DNA from: Vitrella brassicaformis CCMP3155
Taxonomy: Eukaryota > Protista > Chromerida
NCBI GenBank assembly: GCA_001179505.1
Contig: CDMY01000510.1
Span: 124,001 to 188,000 of the forward strand
Reading direction: 5' to 3'
Length of the DNA: 64,000 bases
Shown: piece by piece, positions 61,130 through 64,000 of the stretch
Layout of the letters: each line of letters opens with the position of its first letter
Position numbering within the stretch: the stretch's first letter is position 1
Position numbers and translations under genes: made by a program
The notes under the pieces: generated by a model
Told to the model about the DNA's origin: nothing
The model's database searches: none
Seen by the model: the letters and a program-made list of their open reading frames with translations, nothing else

Positions 61130-61221
61130 TCGAGGAGTCACCTGTTTCGTGCGAGCTAGTAAGCCCCGGAGGAGGAGCCCAAAGATCTGCTCTGAAAAAG
61201 GCAGCGCTGCATCAAGCAACG

Positions 61222-62487
61222 ATGGGAGATCGCGAATACATCATCACAGGCGGCTATTGCCACCCCCCGTCAGACCCGGCGTCCAGCACTCACGCCCGAA
61301 GCCGCTTCAAAGGCAAGTCCATCATCGTCACAGGAGGCGCCGGCAACTTCGGCAAGGCATGCGCCCTTCGCATGGCGTCAGAGGGCGCTAAAGTCGCCCT
61401 GTTCGACCTGGTGGACCCCAGCAAGGCCAAGGAAGAGATCCAAGCATCGAACCCCGGCTGCACCGTCTTGGGTGTGCAGTGCGACGTGACAAAGAACGAT
61501 GAGGTCGAGAGGGCGGTGGCGAGCGTGAAAGAGGCGTTCGGGCGGGTAGACTACCTGTTCAACAACGCGGGCTACCAGGGGGCGTTCAGGCCGCTGCCCG
61601 ACTACCCCCCTGACGACTTCCGGAGGGTGCTGGACATCAACGTGTCGGGCGTCTTCCACGTGCTGCGGGCCGTGAGTAATGTCATGAAGAGCCAGGAGCC
61701 ACAAGGTCGCCCACCCACACAAGGAGGGAGAGCGAGGAATGGACCGATTGTGTGTGTGTGTGTGATGGGTGGTTGTTCTGCGTCAGGTGGCTCGATAGTT
61801 CAGACGGCGAGCATGGCGGCTCACTCCGGCCCGCCCAACATGGTGGCATACGGCTCCTCAAAGGCTGCTGTCCACCACATGACACGAATCGCCGCCAAGG
61901 TGGGCCGGTGGGCAAATACCGACGCTCCCCACGCGCCATCAGCTGACTGTGTGTGTGGGTGGGTGGGTGGGTGGGTGTGCGTGTGTCAGGACCTGGCCCC
62001 CCACGACATCCGTGTCAACTCAGTTTCGCCTGCGTTCACCGGTCCTGGCTTCATGTGGACGCGGCAGGTGGAGCTGCAGGCCGAGGCGGGGTCGATACAC
62101 TATGGTCAGTCAGTCGCGATGGATGGAGCCAACTCCCACCACACCACACAAAGAGAGCCATCCATCCATCCATCCATCCAGCCTGTGTATGTGTGTGTGT
62201 GTCAGATAAGGACCCCAAGGTCGTTGCACAGCAGATGATCGGATCAACACCCCTGAGGAGGTGGGTCGAAGTGACACACACACACACACACACACACACA
62301 GAGAGAGAGAGAAAGAGGGAGAGACATTGCAAGTGTGTTGCTATATCATGAACGTGCGTGTGTGTGCGTTTGCGCGCACAGGTATGGTTCTGTTGACGAG
62401 GTGATCGGCCCCGTGACCTTCCTGCTGAGTGACGACGCCTCATACCTCACCGGGATCGATATCCAAGTCACGGGCGGGATGAACTAA
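61222..62487 (+). CDS. Short-chain dehydrogenase/reductase, xylitol (polyol) dehydrogenase-like, 5 exons
   Basis: TGGAGNFG, CDVT, FNNAGYQGAF, TASMAA..GPPNMVAYGSSK (YxxxK), DLAPHDIRVNSVSP..GPGFMWTRQVELQA and DPKVVAQQMIGSTPLRR|YG closely follow the Gluconobacter xylitol dehydrogenase sequence as I recall it. Confidence 0.9.
62279..62312. repeat. Intronic (CA)n(GA)n microsatellite, representative of dozens in the window
   Basis: Directly visible dinucleotide runs. Similar (GTCT)n, (ATCC)n and (CCAG)n tracts mark most introns. Confidence 0.9.
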
Positions 62488-62993
62488 CTGATCAGCTGAC
62501 GGACTGACGCACCCACCTGTTGCCGAGAGAGAGAGAGAGACAGACAGCCAGCCGATGCGATGTCCCGTTTTCTGTCCACTTTGTGTATCTGTTGTGTCTT
62601 CCCATGCACTCACTGCACGTGTATGTGTATGTGTATGTGTGTGTGTGAGTGAGGCGGTAATTCATCATTCATTCGCGAGGGCAGCCCAGCCTGGTAGAGA
62701 GAGAGAGAGAGAGAGAAAGAGAGGTCTGTCGTGTCGTGTGGGAGTGAGGTCTTTATGTGGCGGTCGGCTTGCGGCGAAGGAAGGCATGTGTCTGTCTGAG
62801 ATGCGAGGCTGGACGGGATGGCCAGTCGCTTCTGTTGCGATCCAGCAGACGCGGTTCACCCTCCACCCACCCACGTGTCAGTGACAGGTGCTGCATGCCT
62901 CTGTGATTCGTGATTTCAGTGGCCAAGCTGAGGGCGTTCCGGTTTCCGTGTTATGTGTGTGCGGAGCGGCATGTGTGGTGCTCTCGTTGGTCT

Positions 62994-63129
62994 GATGCGT
63001 GTATCTGTTTACGAGGAAGACCTGCAGGGTGGGTCGCATCTGCTGTCCAGCAGATGCGGGTCGCCGTGCCGGTGGCCGCCGTTGACAGATTCATGACATC
63101 AAGACAAAGTGACCGATGAGGGACTGTGG
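62994..63129 (+). repeat. Dispersed ~135-bp non-coding repeat (copy 2; partial third copy at 62825-62860)
   Basis: Homologous to 54934-55068 in inverted orientation. 62825-62860 repeats GTCGCTTCTGTTGC..TCCAGCAGA.GCGG. Confidence 0.7.
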
Positions 63130-63624
63130 ACACACACGAGTGAGACACAAATCAAACTGAATCAGGCAGGGAGAATGGGCATTCAAGAGATCAGTCATGC
63201 GTGGGCAGATCTGCAGAAGTCTTGCCATTCGATCATACACACACACACACACACACACACATGCACCTACACATCCGTCGGCTCACCTTCCGCCCACCCC
63301 TCTGTGCCCGTGTCTGCACAGCAGTTTTTCAGTCTGCAGACGATGGTTCTGCCCGTTGTTTTTCTCGGGCTTCTCAGCTGTTGCTATAGCTATTCAGCTC
63401 CATTCTTTAAGCGGTCGCGTCACTCGCAATGGAGAGAGAAGAGAGAGGTCTCACGAATGAATGGCATACACAAGAGAGAGAGACACGGTCAGTGAGTGAC
63501 ACAGAACATCGGTACGTGGCTAGCTATCTATGTATTTACAATGGCGGCCGCACCGCCCCCGTGTCTGGTGTCTGCCTGTCCATCTCATCTATCTTATCTA
63601 TCCACGTGCGCTTGTCTCTATCAG

Positions 63625-64000
63625 CTACGCCTTGGTCTTCTCTATCGCGTTCCTCGCAAGGTGGAAATGCCCAACCAACGCACCCAACTGCACACACACA
63701 CACACACAAACACGCACGCACACACACACGCACACACGCACACAGAGCACCACCGACATATGAGAGGCCTCCCAGTGTCGGCCTGCGCGAGTGGGCGCGT
63801 GCCTGTGTCTTCTCCGTTGCGCCCTTGGCGAGGGCCGCCCTGATGTCGCCATACACAGCACACACACATGACGACGGTGTGTGTGTGGTGTGCTGTCTGG
63901 TGGATGGGGGCTCACTCACTCTATCTCGGACAGGCTTGAGAAGAGGGGGAGTCGGGCCGTGTTGGGCATCTGGGTGCGGGACAGCTTCTCAAACACCCCT
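63625..64000 (-). CDS. 3' exons of a gene that begins beyond the window
   Basis: Segments GVFEKLSPHPDAQHGPTPPLLKPVRDR|, YGDIRAALAKGATEKTQARAHSRR and LGALVGHFHLARNAIEKTKA* are separated by microsatellite introns. Confidence 0.45.

Noticed and set aside
1-64000. CRISPR arrays, tRNA or rRNA genes, prokaryotic operons or defence systems, autonomous transposons
   Set aside because: No regularly spaced repeat-spacer array, cloverleaf, rRNA-like segment or transposase/RT/integrase motif was recognised, and the sequence is spliced eukaryotic DNA. A tRNAscan or Rfam run was not possible.

Overview
Intron-rich, GC-rich eukaryotic genomic DNA with short GT-AG introns full of (GTCT)n, (CA)n, (ATCC)n and (CCAG)n microsatellites. 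Gene style and families (BTB-TLDc, heptatricopeptide-repeat protein, F-box-like expansion) suggest a chromerid alveolate such as Vitrella brassicaformis; this is inference. About 20 spliced protein-coding genes can be reconstructed by hand, many in tight head-to-head pairs: BTB/TLDc, GH16 glycosidase, PITH, ankyrin-MYND, HPR/OPR repeat, F-box-like, flavin amine oxidase, START-like, TM-VIM protein, multi-pass membrane protein, MBOAT wax synthase, DUF924, ferredoxin-metallo-beta-lactamase fusion, double-S1/CCHC protein, CAP protein, putative GPI-anchored protein and a xylitol-dehydrogenase-like SDR. The window also holds two decayed, partly complementary DEAH-helicase copies, a pair of decayed low-complexity paralogues, several non-coding repeats and a 300-N gap. 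The most striking feature is an LSD1/polyamine-oxidase-type enzyme whose FAD-binding domain is split by an in-frame insertion of over 1,200 aa that carries four copies of an unrecognised ~100-aa domain. No tRNA, rRNA, CRISPR array or transposase/RT gene was recognised. Exon boundaries were read by eye and domain calls rest on remembered motifs, not database searches.
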